A stretch of DNA of 64,000 bases from Eledone cirrhosa (lineage: Eukaryota), in NCBI GenBank assembly GCA_964016885.1, contig OZ024743.1:318866001-318930000 (forward strand), written 5' to 3'. A model generated the notes under the pieces. That model saw only the letters and a list, made by a program, of their open reading frames with translations. It did no database searches and was not told where the DNA came from. Below are positions 16,261-28,559 of this stretch, piece by piece (positions within the stretch are counted from its first letter, which is position 1; each line of letters begins with the position of its first letter). The position numbers and the translations under genes were made by a program.

Positions 16261-17566
16261 TGTATGTATGTATGTATGTATGTATGTATGTATGTATAAA
16301 ATGGAATGCTGCAAGAAAATTGGGCAGATTTCAAGATTTTCTGTCCATTTATCCTTTAAATTGTAAAAGAAGCTTTCAAATTTTGAATATCTATTTATTG
16401 CTTAATAAACCTGTTTTTCTCTTCAACAGGTTTCTGCATAAATGGTTTTCTCTCTCACTCTCTTTCTCTTCCTTTCTTTATTGGAAACTACTAACCATGT
16501 AAAAAGAAAAAAAATTAAGCTTAATATTTGGAGTAATTATATCTGATATTAAATGAATCTTAAAATTATTTCAACTGTTTCCTTTCCTTTCTCTTCTTCC
16601 TCTCTTTACATAGTTTTCCTTTTAACCATTTTTCTTTCTTTGCTTAGTGCCTAGTTGCCTATTAATCCAGTGATGTGTCGATGTTAGCAATGTTTCTGTG
16701 CAGATGTCCTTAGCTTATGCCAAAGAAACTTCATTCTTTTGTTATCATGTTGTATATACACATATTTGGATCATTTACTCACACTTTACATCTGTTTCAT
16801 TACCTACTTGCAGCATGTTACACCCATTCCATGTTGGTTAGCCCTTATCTACTTAACTTTCTCATAGCCCCCACCACCATCTATTTCAATTTACATTTCT
16901 TTCTCTTTTAGAGACCTAAAAAATGATTTTCAACAAATATGTAATATTTGTTCAATATGTGTTTTAAAATATTACTAAATATGATTTAAATGGAATTAAA
17001 TGGAATTGTATCACTCCAATAGAAAGTACACTGCTTTGGGTTGTTGCTCAATACTTTGAAGGATTTATTATTTTTTTTTTTCTTATTTTGAATAAAGTGC
17101 TTTTACAATAATCACTGTAAAGTGACTTATATTACGTAACCTCTAAACCATGCTTACCTGATGGTGTGTGTGGCAGTGTGAATGTGTATGTATGTATGTA
17201 TGTATGTATGTATGTATGTATGTATGTATGTATGTATGTATGTATGTATGTATGTATGTATGCATGTGTGTGTATATATATATATGTATATATATGTATA
17301 TATGTATATATATATGTATATATATATATGTATGTATATATGTATGTATATATATGTGTGTATATATATGTATGTATATGTGTATATATGTATATATATG
17401 TATGTATGTATATATGTATGTATATGTATATATATATATGTATGTATATATGTATGTATATGTATATATATATATGTATGTATATATGTATGTATATATA
17501 TATGTATGTGTATATATATGTATGTATATACATATGTGTGTATATATGTATGTATATATATATATA

Positions 17567-17881
17567 TACAACCTGTCTCATGGTCAGGTCGTTGGCGACT
17601 AAACTGGCAACCCCACCAAGGTTTCTTGGTGAGGAGGGTGACTTTGGACATCCTCCAGGACTAAAAACAAAACCTGTCAAAGGGCAAAGGAACTCGTAAG
17701 AGTCAATGGCCATCCAAAATCACCGGGAGAAATGACCCCTTAGCCTTTGTCAAGGCATAATTCTAGGAGAAGGAAAACTCTGATATAACACCTGCAACTC
17801 TGATGGTATCCAATGATGTTGACTTGTTCTTCTTTTTGGTAAATATCATCTTGGTTAAGAGAGTGGGACTGGCTTTGTGCA

Positions 17882-17884
<3 letters not shown>
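17567..17884 (+). mobile_element. Bipartite RTE derivative, partial
   Basis: Homologous to the reverse complement of 21615-21930. Confidence 0.8.
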
Positions 17885-17957
<73 letters not shown>

Positions 17958-18014
17958 TGTTTTTATTTCAAAATTTGACTGCATGGGTTACAATTATAAT
18001 ATAATTAAAAAAAC

Positions 18015-18400
18015 ACGTGGGACAAATACTGGAAACAGAAAACTCGAAAGTGACAAACACATGGACAATTCTCGCTCATCGGCTGTCTTCTGAGGATTAT
18101 TATACTTTTGGATGCTTTCGAAGACATGGTCCCTAGAAGACAGCCGATGAGCGGGAATTTTCTGTGTGCTTGTCTCTTCCGAGATTTCTGTTACCTTTAT
18201 TTGTCCAACCCTTTTATATGTATATACGGTGTAGGTCACTGAGAAGGTCACATAATGTGTGACGAAAGAGCGTTGACAATATATAAACAACCATCTGCTT
18301 ATCGAACCAAACCAACCAAACAACTGGAAATTTATCATAAGTTGAAGTGAAAACCAACAGGTGCGAGTTTTTATTGGTAGCATGCCCTCCCCAAGTATAA
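18015..18400. mobile_element. Penelope-like remnant: inverted GIY-YIG-like fragment plus a degenerate hammerhead
   Basis: Inverted repeat 18018-18090/18135-18207 reading VGQ...RKLE...H...SRSSAV; gtca-ctgagaa-ggtcaca..tgtgac-gaaa at 18235; homologous to 63835-64000. Confidence 0.55.
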
Positions 18401-18424
18401 CAATATCTATATATATATATATAT

Positions 18425-18610
18425 ATATCACATAAGAAACTGAGAATCAGTGTTGCGAGGAATAACATTTATTAAACATATTACAATCGTTTCTCTGGCG
18501 ACCAGCTCGAAGCACTATCGTGCCTCAAGCTGGTCGCCAGAGAAACGATTGTAATATGTCTAGTAAATCTTATTCGTCGCACCACTGATTCTCAGTTTCT
18601 TATGTTATAT
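18425..18610. repeat. Imperfect inverted repeat, arms ~85 bp
   Basis: cataagaaactgagaatcagtg...cactgattctcagtttcttatg. Confidence 0.9.
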
Positions 18611-18683
18611 CATACTCTGCTCTGTAAGAGCATCGAGTGCTCAAACGGCCTACCGCTTACGGACGCTTTAAGTATCCCACACC

Positions 18684-18724
<41 letters not shown>

Positions 18725-18965
18725 TATAAATTCAGCGAGAATCGCATTTCGGCGGGTAGAAAAAGCGAAACGTAACGCAAATTCCGAGTCATGCTGGCAA
18801 GCGCTCCATGGGCTAAAAAAGACCAGAACAATAAACATAGGTTATAAAGGCCATACAAACTGAGAAGGCGGTCAAGAAGCCATTAACCACCTAAGCAAAT
18901 AAACAAGTCAAGCTAAACAGGTCAGACAAAATAAATGACATAATCATAAACACACACGCGCGCGC

Positions 18966-19004
<39 letters not shown>

Positions 19005-19276
19005 TGTGTGTGTGTGTATGGGTGTGTGTGTGTGTGTGTGAATTTTGTATATCTAATGGTGGCAAACAAACAGAGAATAGAGAATACATTTGATTCGGTG
19101 ATGGTCAGCGAATTCGGTGATTTTGTTGCATATATTTATTTACTACGAGCCTGCTTAGACATCATCATGATTCAATGATTTTATTTTTTTTCAAATCTGG
19201 TACTTAATTTATCGATCTCTTTTTTTGACGAATCGCTAGGTTACGGGACATAACCAAACAGTAAATATTAACACAG

Positions 19277-19317
<41 letters not shown>

Positions 19318-19334
19318 AATACATACATACATAA

Positions 19335-19401
<67 letters not shown>

Positions 19402-19414
19402 AATAAATACATAC

Positions 19415-19600
19415 ATAATTGTTTCTACTTTTTTGGCACAAGGCCAGCAATTACCCAGTACATTACTGGTACTTTATTTTATCGACCCCCGTATAGATGA
19501 AAGGCAAAGTGAACCTCGGCGGGATTTGAACTCAGACCGTAAAGGGACGTAACTACGCTGGAAAGCATGGCGACCGACTCCCTACCGATACTGCCAATCC
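19415..19600 (-). mobile_element. tRNA-derived SINE (Meta-like)
   Basis: Family motifs. Confidence 0.85.
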
Positions 19601-20139
19601 ACATACATAATGATGATGAGGATTGCTTAATCATGTCAGATGATAGCCATCTCAACATCACCTTAATCTACACACTCCTAAGTGCAGGTACGTGACTTTT
19701 CAATCCTGCAACAAAAAGGATGACACTCTAGTATGGTATTTACATCAGCAGAAGTGACTGGCGAATCGTAATTATTCTCGTCTATATTACATCTGGCTGG
19801 ACAAAACTGCAGTCATGGCGGTATTTCATTGGTGCAAATTCGTGACACACCAATAATAACTGCAGCAATATGCCTGATGTCTATATAGTACTTGCATTGG
19901 CAAAAGAGACATCTGTACATCAGGATTATAGTGACAAACGCTTATAAATCATCAGTGCCTCTCTCTAAGTCACAATAATTATTATCCGATAATTCTAAAC
20001 AACATGACCAGTCATCACGTAAATAGCAGATTTCACTTCAGAGTTTCCCTCTCTTAATAAAAGCTCGGGACCTTTCACTCACACCAACCAGAAGGATTTC
20101 CGAATTCCCGCTCCCAGATGGGTTGTCCTCTCAATGAAG

Positions 20140-20820
20140 CAGGTGCAATGCATGCTAAATGTTAATGGAGTTCCACTGAAGCAGGTGGAGAATTTCAAGT
20201 ATCTCGGGGCCGTGTTCACGAGTAGTGGAAGGCAGGAGACTGAATTAAGTACAAGAATTGCAAAAGCTGGTGTAGTAATGCGCCAGCTTTAGCATTCAGT
20301 AATCAGAAGAAGGGAGGTAGATGTAAAAGCCAAACTCACTATCTTCAATTCGGTTTTTGTGCCAACTCTTAACTATGGTCACGAATCTTGGGTAATGACC
20401 GAAAGAATATGATCACGAATACAAGCGGCCGAAATGGGATTCTTTCGATGGGTCTTTGGAGTAACGTTACTCTATAAAGTGCGTAGCTCGAAAATCAGAG
20501 AGTCACTGCAGGTAGAGTCGTTACTTCTCCAAATTGAGAGATCACAGCTCCAATACTATGGGCATGTGGTTAGAATGCCTGAATGCCTGAGGAAAGACTC
20601 GCTGGACAGGTTTTACGGACAAAACCAACAGGTAGGAGACCCAGGGGTAGACCCGAGCAAAATGGTTGGATAACATCCATGAGCTTGGCTGGTCTCATTT
20701 GTGGATATAACCGGATCAATTGATGAAGGTTGCTTCAGACAGGACTCGCTGGAAGGAGTGTTTGAGGACTCTGCCCCCATGACCCTCTCAGGAATAAGTG
20801 GGCGAAGAAGTAGAAGAAGA
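20140..20820 (+). pseudogene. RTE-clade LINE (Expander/Rex3-like) 3' fragment, RT C-terminus
   Basis: KQVENFKYLG, PTLNYGHESWVMT, IQAAEMGFFR and YGHVVRMP with in-frame stops; (gaa) tail. Confidence 0.9.
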
Positions 20821-20849
20821 TGGGTTGTCATAATTATGATTAAGGAGTT

Positions 20850-21155
20850 CCAGAATTTACTGGCAAAAGCAACTGGTAGGAGACCCAGGGGTAGACAGAG
20901 AGCAAGATGGTTGGATAGCAGCCATGAGCTCGGCTTATCTCGCTTGAGGATCCAGCCGGATCTATTGGGAACAGTTGCTTCAGACAGGACCTGCTGGAAG
21001 ACGTGCCGCCACGACCCTCCACAGGAATAACTGGGCGAAGAAGAAGAAGAAGAAGAAGAAGAAGAAGAAGAAGAAGAAGAAGAAGAAGAAGAAGAAGAAG
21101 AAGAAAAAGAAGAAAAAGAAGAAAAAGAAGAAAAAGAAGAAAAAGAAGAAGAAGA
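20850..21155 (+). mobile_element. Second RTE 3' fragment with a long (GAA)n tail
   Basis: GRRPRGRQRARWLD motif; (GAA)n at 21037-21154. Confidence 0.85.
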
Positions 21156-21361
21156 GTCCCATTTTGAAATTAAAGTGACCCTTCTCCTAGACAGATTGCC
21201 ACCCAAGGCTTACGAGTTCTGTCTATCCGCCGTTACCGCTTCTCCTTGTTAATCTCAAACATCAGCCTTACGAAAAGCTCAAGAGCTGGGTTTCGGTGGT
21301 CATACATACATACATACATACATACATACATACATACATACATACATACATACATACATAC

Positions 21362-21969
21362 ATGGTGGCTGCCAACTCGTTTTCGAGTACGGCCACTACT
21401 TTATATCCATGTAGGAGAACCCCTACCGATGCACTGAACGAGTGTGACTTTTTAGTCCAGTCAGCGACTTGAAAACTCTGGTACAAACACTACACCTGTG
21501 ACAATTATTGGCACATAGTGCTGGGCCCATGGTACCATGTGACGACAAGTGCAGAGAGATCTCCAGATATAAAGCAATGCCTGTGCCGTGAAGCTTTTAT
21601 AGTGAGCAAAGACACTGCACAAAGCCAGTCCCACTCTCTTAACTAAGATAATATTTACCAAAAAGAAGAACAAGTCAACATCATTGGATATCATCAGAGT
21701 TGCAGGTGCTATATCAGAGTTTTCCTTCTAGAATTCTGCCTTGACAAAGGCTAAGGGGTCATCTCTCCCGGTGATTTTGGATGGCCATTGACTCTTAAGA
21801 GCTCCTTTGCCCTTTGACAGGTTTTGTTTTTAGTCCTGCAGGATGTCCAAAGTCACCCTCCTCACCAAGAAACCTTTGTGGGGTTGCCAGTTTAGTCGCC
21901 AACGACCCGACCATGAGACAGGTTGTACTGGGATACATGTTACCAGTAGCACCAGCTGGTGACCTGACA
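21362..21969 (-). mobile_element. Apparently full-length (~600 bp) bipartite non-autonomous RTE derivative
   Basis: Structured leader, ctagaaggaaaactc, C-terminal zinc-finger remnant and 3' UTR, flanked by (CATA)n. Confidence 0.8.
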
Positions 21970-22029
21970 TATATTCATACATACATACATACATACATAC
22001 ATACATACATACATACATACATACATACT

Positions 22030-23180
22030 CGAGGAACTCCTCGAGAGATATTTCCTGTGTGATAATCAAAAACTCACACCCAGGGAAGTCGCTCAGCAGT
22101 ATCGCAGTGAATCCATGGATGAAAAACTGCATGCTTATCAGCAAAAAATCATACATGGATATGTTGCCAGGAAGCTCCAGAGTGAGAGTAATATAGATAA
22201 GGAAAGTAGTCTATCTTGGACCAACAACCGTTATATTGGCTCCCACTTTGAAGGATACGCTTTTGCAATCCAAGAACAGGAGATTAACACGAAATACCTG
22301 ATTCACAAAAGAGATAGGGATGCAGGCAAAACACCTAGATGTGATAACAAGTGCAGACTCTGCAGAATTAAAATCGAAAATGTCACCCATGTCATAAGCA
22401 GCTGTCCAAAGATGTCATCGTGGTACTATCTACCTATGAGGCATGATGTAGTGGCCAAAACACTACAATGCAATCCGTAGATAAGATAATAAACACATTA
22501 AAAGCTACAGCAATGTGGAAGACATCCATATACATAATATGAAAGAGTACTGGTGGAATGTTCCAGTAAAAACCCCAATAAAATGCAGGCATAACAGACC
22601 AGATATTATGATATGGGACAGGGAAAAGAAAGCATGCAGAGTAGTGGAAGTTAGCTGCCCAGCAGATGCCAATATAATATCAAAGATTAGCGAAAATGAG
22701 AATATTTATGCAGAACTGATGAGAATTCTGCAGATACTCCACCCTGATTACACCTTCAGATTTATGCCTGTGATTATTGGGGCACTGGGATATGTTAGTA
22801 ACTGCCTCAATACAAATCTTGAGAAGCTGGGCTTCACAGGAACAGAAAGAACACAACTTGTTAGGAAATAACAAGTACAATCCATTAATGGAACAGTAAA
22901 AATATGTAAAACATTCCAAAAATGTTGCATCTAATAACTGCATATACACATGTACAGATACAAAGCATATACACATGCACACATACAACTCCAAACATCT
23001 ACATCCACACATACATAACATCCATGTCTACACATGCATGCATGCATGCAGGCATGCATAAATAATCTACCTAGTTGATGTTGTGTAAATTCCAATGAGA
23101 GAGTCTTGTGTCTATGTTAGAAACCGACTCTCTCTCTCTCTCTATTGGCAAATATTTGTGAAATTATAAAACCAGAAGAA
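22030..23180 (+). mobile_element. R4/Dong-like RLE non-LTR retrotransposon, 5'-truncated and disrupted
   Basis: CCHC finger CRLC..ENVTHVISSC, RHD, HNRPDIMIWD..VVEVSCP restriction-like endonuclease; stop at 22934; 3' UTR runs into (CATA)n. Confidence 0.9.
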
Positions 23181-23242
23181 CATACATACATACATACATA
23201 CATACATACATACATACATACATACATACATACATACATACA

Positions 23243-23735
23243 TCAAAGATTAGTGAAAAGGAGAATATTTATGCAGAACTGATGAGAAATCTGCAGATAC
23301 TCCACCCTGATTACACCTTCAGATTTATGCCTGTGATTATTGGGGCACTGGGATATGTTAGTAACTGCCTCAATACAAATCTTGAGAAGCTAGGCTTCAC
23401 AGGAACAGAAAGAACACAACTAGTTAGGAAATTACAAGTACAATCCATTAATGGAACAGTAAAAATATGTAAAACATTCCAAAAATGTTGCATCTAATAA
23501 CTGCATATACACATGTACAGATACAAAGCATATACACATGCACACATACAACTCAAAACATCCACATCCACACATACAATAACATCCATAGCTACACATG
23601 CATGCATGCATGCAGACATACATACATATCTACCTAGTTGATGTGTAAATTCCAATGAGAGAGTCTTGTGTCTATGTTAGAAACCGACTCTCTCTCTATT
23701 GGTAAAACTTTGTGAAATTATAAAACCAGAAGAAC
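23243..23735 (+). mobile_element. Second, shorter copy of the same R4/Dong family
   Basis: Near identical to 22680-23180; flanked by (CATA)n on both sides. Confidence 0.9.
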
Positions 23736-23808
23736 ATACATACATACATACACACATACATACATACATACATACATATATACATACATACATACATACA
23801 TACATACA

Positions 23809-23837
<29 letters not shown>

Positions 23838-23839
<2 letters not shown>

Positions 23840-24782
23840 CATTAGAATAGCGACTGATCTGGAGGAGAGATAAATCTCTCACCCAGAAAAATCGGAAGAT
23901 CCTATTCAATGTTCAAACAAGATTAAAAAATTGACCAATTTACAGAAAAAGTTGTGCATGGATACTTGAGGCGTAAAACACAGACCATAGAGGAGATAAA
24001 CTACTCAAAAAGCCTGGCATGGAGTTCCGACAACCTTATGACATCACACCTTGAGGGATATCTCTATGCAATAGAGGAACAAGAACTCCCTACCAAATAT
24101 CTGCTGCACAAAAGAGGAGGGCCAGCAGCTGACAATAAATGTAGGCTATGTAAAACAAAGATCGAGGATGTAAGCCATATTGTTGCCAGCTGCGAAAGAA
24201 TGTCATCTCGCTACTACCTCCCCATGAGACACGATGGGATAGCTAGAACCATCTGGAACGCACTTCGGAAAACAAAATTAACAACAAACGAGGAAGAATA
24301 TATTGAGACAGATGGCACTAAGGAATACTGGTGGAACCTGAAAATAAAAACTGCCACCAAATTAAAGCACAACCGGCCTGATATTGTTGTTTGGGACCAC
24401 ACATTGAAAACGTGTTCTGTTGTGGAGATCAGCTGCCCACTTGATGCAAACGTTGTCAGAAAAATACAGGAGAAGGAGGACATCTACGGACCATTGATGA
24501 GGAGTTTACAAATCCAGTATCCAAGATACACCTTTAGCTTCATACCCATCATTATTGGAGCTACGGGTTATATACCAACCCGCTTGGACCAAAGTATGAC
24601 TGAACTTGGATTTGCGGACAAAAAGCGCAGCTCCCTAATTCATAGTCTACAAATGGCTGCGATAGCTGGCACCTTCAAAATTTGCAAAACATTCTTGCGA
24701 TTCAAGGGATGACAATTTCTTTTCTTTTACAACCTTGCCACCAGGAAGGTGGCCGGTCAAAAAAATATACTCGAAATTAAGA
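23838..24782 (+). mobile_element. Third R4/Dong-like fragment, from a different family; open frame 23954-24712
   Basis: CRLCKTKIEDVSHIVASC, RHD, KHNRPDIVVWD..VVEISCP, FIPIIIGATG; flanked by (CATA)n. Confidence 0.9.
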
Positions 24783-24880
24783 CATACATACATACATACA
24801 TACATACATACATACATACATACATACATACATACATACATACATACATACATACATACATACATACATACATACATACA

Positions 24881-24911
<31 letters not shown>

Positions 24912-25199
24912 GTGTGTATTCTCTATGCTTTCACTTTTCGATAGCTTTGGAGTTTGTGACCTAAGCATATTTAGTTCCGTAAGCTAATAACCAGCTAAAG
25001 ATTATATCACAACAAACAGACTGAAATATTGAATTACTATATTTTGTAAGTATTGCTCTCACGAGTACATGTATGTATAAATATATATATACTAATACAT
25101 GTATATAACTTTGATAACTTTTATAGGTTTCAGCCAGTATTGGCACGGGCCATGTCAAACATAACGGCACCACCGGGATATAGATACATACATATATAT

Positions 25200-25279
<80 letters not shown>

Positions 25280-26109
25280 ATGGTGTGCGTGTGGTGTGTG
25301 TGTGCGTGTTAGTGTGTATGAGTGCCCATGTGTGTCTGTATGCGTGTACGTGTTGTTTCATTGGTCTTATCTGACGATCAGCTCTTTAACCTCGAGTCAT
25401 TAAATTATTCACGTGCATTTAATTAGAGTTTCTTTCCTCATACATAAAGTAAGTACTGTGAAGGCTATGCTTCGCTGATGAGTTTTGAATAAAGCTTAAA
25501 CATGCCATGGGTTGTTTCTCGTTCATGCGCTTGCTGAAGATATGGAACTAATAATATTAATCGTCTAATGTTTTTCTTCTTCACCACAAAAGTACTTCTA
25601 GTTACATTTTCAATGCCCCTTTTATTAAATCTATCCACGGCCCTTAACTTTTGGTGTAGTAGTAAGGACACCGTCATGTTCACGCGTATCTTGGGTCTTT
25701 TAAACCTGGTGTAGCCCACCCCTTTCCATGTCTGAACACAGCAAATGTTTTTCAAGAGAGGAGAAGGTCAGAGAAGCGAAAAGAGAAAGAGAGATAAAGG
25801 AAGAATCGACCCCAATATTGGACTGGTACTTTATTTATCTATGTAGAAAGGATGAAAGGCACAGGTGACCTCGGCGAAATTCGAACTGAGAACAAAGAGA
25901 GCAGGAACGATTACTGAGAATCATTCTATCAGACGTTCTAATTTCGCTGGCTTATGTCTTAAATATGTTAATTTGTAGTTTACAGTGTCAAAGGTGATCT
26001 CACAGCAATTAGTATTTAAAATGTTCTCTTTGATTTCTAATGCTTCCACTTTAGATTTAAATATCTTGTTCTTTCTAAGCTTACTCATTTCCTACTTTAC
26101 TCTCTAGTC

Positions 26110-26320
26110 CATAATCTACCTGCTACTGGTACCATGTAATCCAGTACAACCTGTTTCATGGTCTGCAACTAAATAAGCCCCTCACTCCCGAACCGACTCA
26201 GGTCTGGCGAGGGGGGAAATTGGAACAACAGCAACACAAAAAAACAAACAAACAAAACAAGCGCTTTAAAAAGGCGAATGACCTCCTTAAAGTCAACGAC
26301 CATCCACCCCAACTATGGGT
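26110..26320 (+). mobile_element. Diverged relative of the RTE leader
   Basis: ctgctactggtaccatgtaatccagtacaacctgtttcatggtc and aagtcaacgaccatcca match the 5' region of the 21362-21969 element. Confidence 0.6.
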
Positions 26321-26499
26321 TAAATAACTTCAGCAACATGCAATTTGCCATGTGAGGTGAGTGTGGCTACATCTCTGAAGACATGATCAAACTAAACAGA
26401 AAGCAGTGCAGATTAACCAGGGAGGGGTACCTCCAACAGGAGTGAGAAGGCCCTGGATTGGATTGAAATTAAACAAAATTAATTCATTAGTTCTTTCTC

Positions 26500-26830
26500 T
26501 TCGCACCGGTCCCCGTCGAGACCTCAGGCATACATGGACCCCATACTGTCGAGTTCCTCCGCAAGATCGGAACGTCAGTGGGCCGTCTGAGGAAGGAGCC
26601 CCGCGAGGTGGGGTGTTTGCTGCAGAGGGTGCCGCAGGCCATTGTCCAATGGAATGCTTTTGTGGTCTTGTCTACGCCCTAGGCCCAGAGCCCAATCACC
26701 CTCCCCATTCTTCTGTGACACTTGCCATTCCCTTCCTTTTCCGTTTTTTAAAAATATTTTCTTATTTTACATTCAGTTCTTTCTTCTCAATCTAAATTTT
26801 CTTTTTCTATTAAACTGTAATTATTTGTCA
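26500..26830 (+). mobile_element. CRE-clade RLE retrotransposon 3' fragment (frame 26500-26682 is not in the ORF track)
   Basis: FAPVPVETSGIHGPHTVEFLRKIG...EPREVGCLLQRVPQAIVQWNAFVVLST* matches the CRE-type C-terminal pattern (F.P..ET.G..G...FL..IG...EPRE..L.QRLS.A..RGNA). Confidence 0.75.
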
Positions 26831-28559
26831 ACTATAAACTAATTGATAATGTTTCTTACTCGATGTTTTTAATGTAATTCATTCATTTCTTTTAGTCCTT
26901 AGGTTAAAATGGCGGTGAATTAAGAGTCGTTACAGGTTAGAATATAATGCTTGGCAGTATACATTCTATTTCTCCGCACTTTTGCGTTCAAATCCCGCCT
27001 AGCTTAACTTCGCCTCTCATCTTTTTGGTGGTCGATAAATAAAGTATCAGTCTATTACTGGGATCGATTCTTCTTCTATATCTCACTTTCTTTCTCTAGT
27101 TTACCATCTTTTTCACCCACACCTCACACTCTTTCTCGTAGAAGTAATCGACAGGATTGGTAGTGGTGATGGTGGTGGTGTTGGTAGTTGTGTTGGTGGT
27201 TGTGTTTGTAGTGGTGTGGTGCTTGTGTTGTTGGTGGCGGTAGTGGAGGCGATTGTGATGGTAGTCTGATTGAATGTCATATCCTGTGTTATTAGATACC
27301 TGTACACTTTACATAATTCTCAGGAAGATTCAGCGTGACACATTATGAGATAATGTTGACATTTTAATTACTGGTACAGTCCATTCGACGGGTTTCCATA
27401 CAATTGTTGTCTACCAAATTTCATTCAAGAAGCTTGAGTCGACCCGAGGATAAAGGCACTTACCAAAGATGTCGCGCGGTGGCATCGAATGCGGAACTTC
27501 GTGATTGCTAAATAAACTTTTTAACCATTCCGTTATGCTACATCCAATGGACTATTTCAGAGAGGAGCTAACAACGCGTTATAACCTTCAATACCACCAG
27601 CACCCCCTATCCATCCCCACCACTAAATATGTGAGGACTAAAAGAAAGGAAGATGTCACGTAGTTTGATCAAACCCGGAACCTTATGAGTGAGAATTAAC
27701 TTTTAAACCCTTTGGCCATGCCTAGAGTCCAGGCAATGATAGTTACCGGACAACAGCATCCTTGTGGTTGGATCATTAAAAAGAAGTGTTTCATTAGATC
27801 GGACCAAGAACGCTGTGATTTCATTGGCCTTTCCACTTCCAATCACAAATACTGGCAGAAAGAAGGAAGTATTTGAACTTAGAACGCATAGAACTGGATC
27901 AGTTACCGCAAACCATTCTGACTGACTCTAATAATTCAACAAATGCACCACCCCGGCCGAAATCTTACTTTATTTATCGACCCCGAAAAAATGAAAGGTA
28001 AAAAAAATCTCGGTAAGATTTGTATTTGGAGCGCAGAGACTGGAAACAAATAGCAACGTTCTAAAAAATCTTTCAATTCTCCATCAATATATAAATAGAG
28101 TCTAATTTTCTTCCTCTTCTAATTTTTGTTAGGAGTTGGTAAGGAATTTAATATAACGTAGCGTTTGGTAGAGAATTGCTCGCTTGAAATGGTCGTTAAA
28201 TTTAGGATTGAACATCATTCAGCCGACATTTTTCAAAAGATGAACTCAAGCACCACCTCACGCCCCCACCTCCACCACCTCCACCACACATAGAGACAAT
28301 CGATCTCTTTCAAGTCTCCTTCCTTCTTTGTTTTCGTCTCCTTTCCTATTTCTTATATTTTTTTCCTTTCTTTTCATTGGTTGGAAGTAAAGAAAATAGT
28401 CATCTTCTCTCAGCCTGTGCTTGTAAGTCGGACAATGACAGTTGGGAAAGAGCAATCACCTTTGATGATCAAGGTGATTGTGGGTCTGTGGACTTCCTTG
28501 AGTAACCATAAGTATTCAGTCCTTCTATATCAAGAGGACTGAAGACTATATTTAATATA

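Noticed and set aside
20975-21178. Poly-Lys/Phe/Ser ORFs
   Set aside because: (GAA)n tail of an RTE element
25474-25505. CTGATGA plus a short stem resembling a hammerhead
   Set aside because: No GAAA after the stem and no stem I
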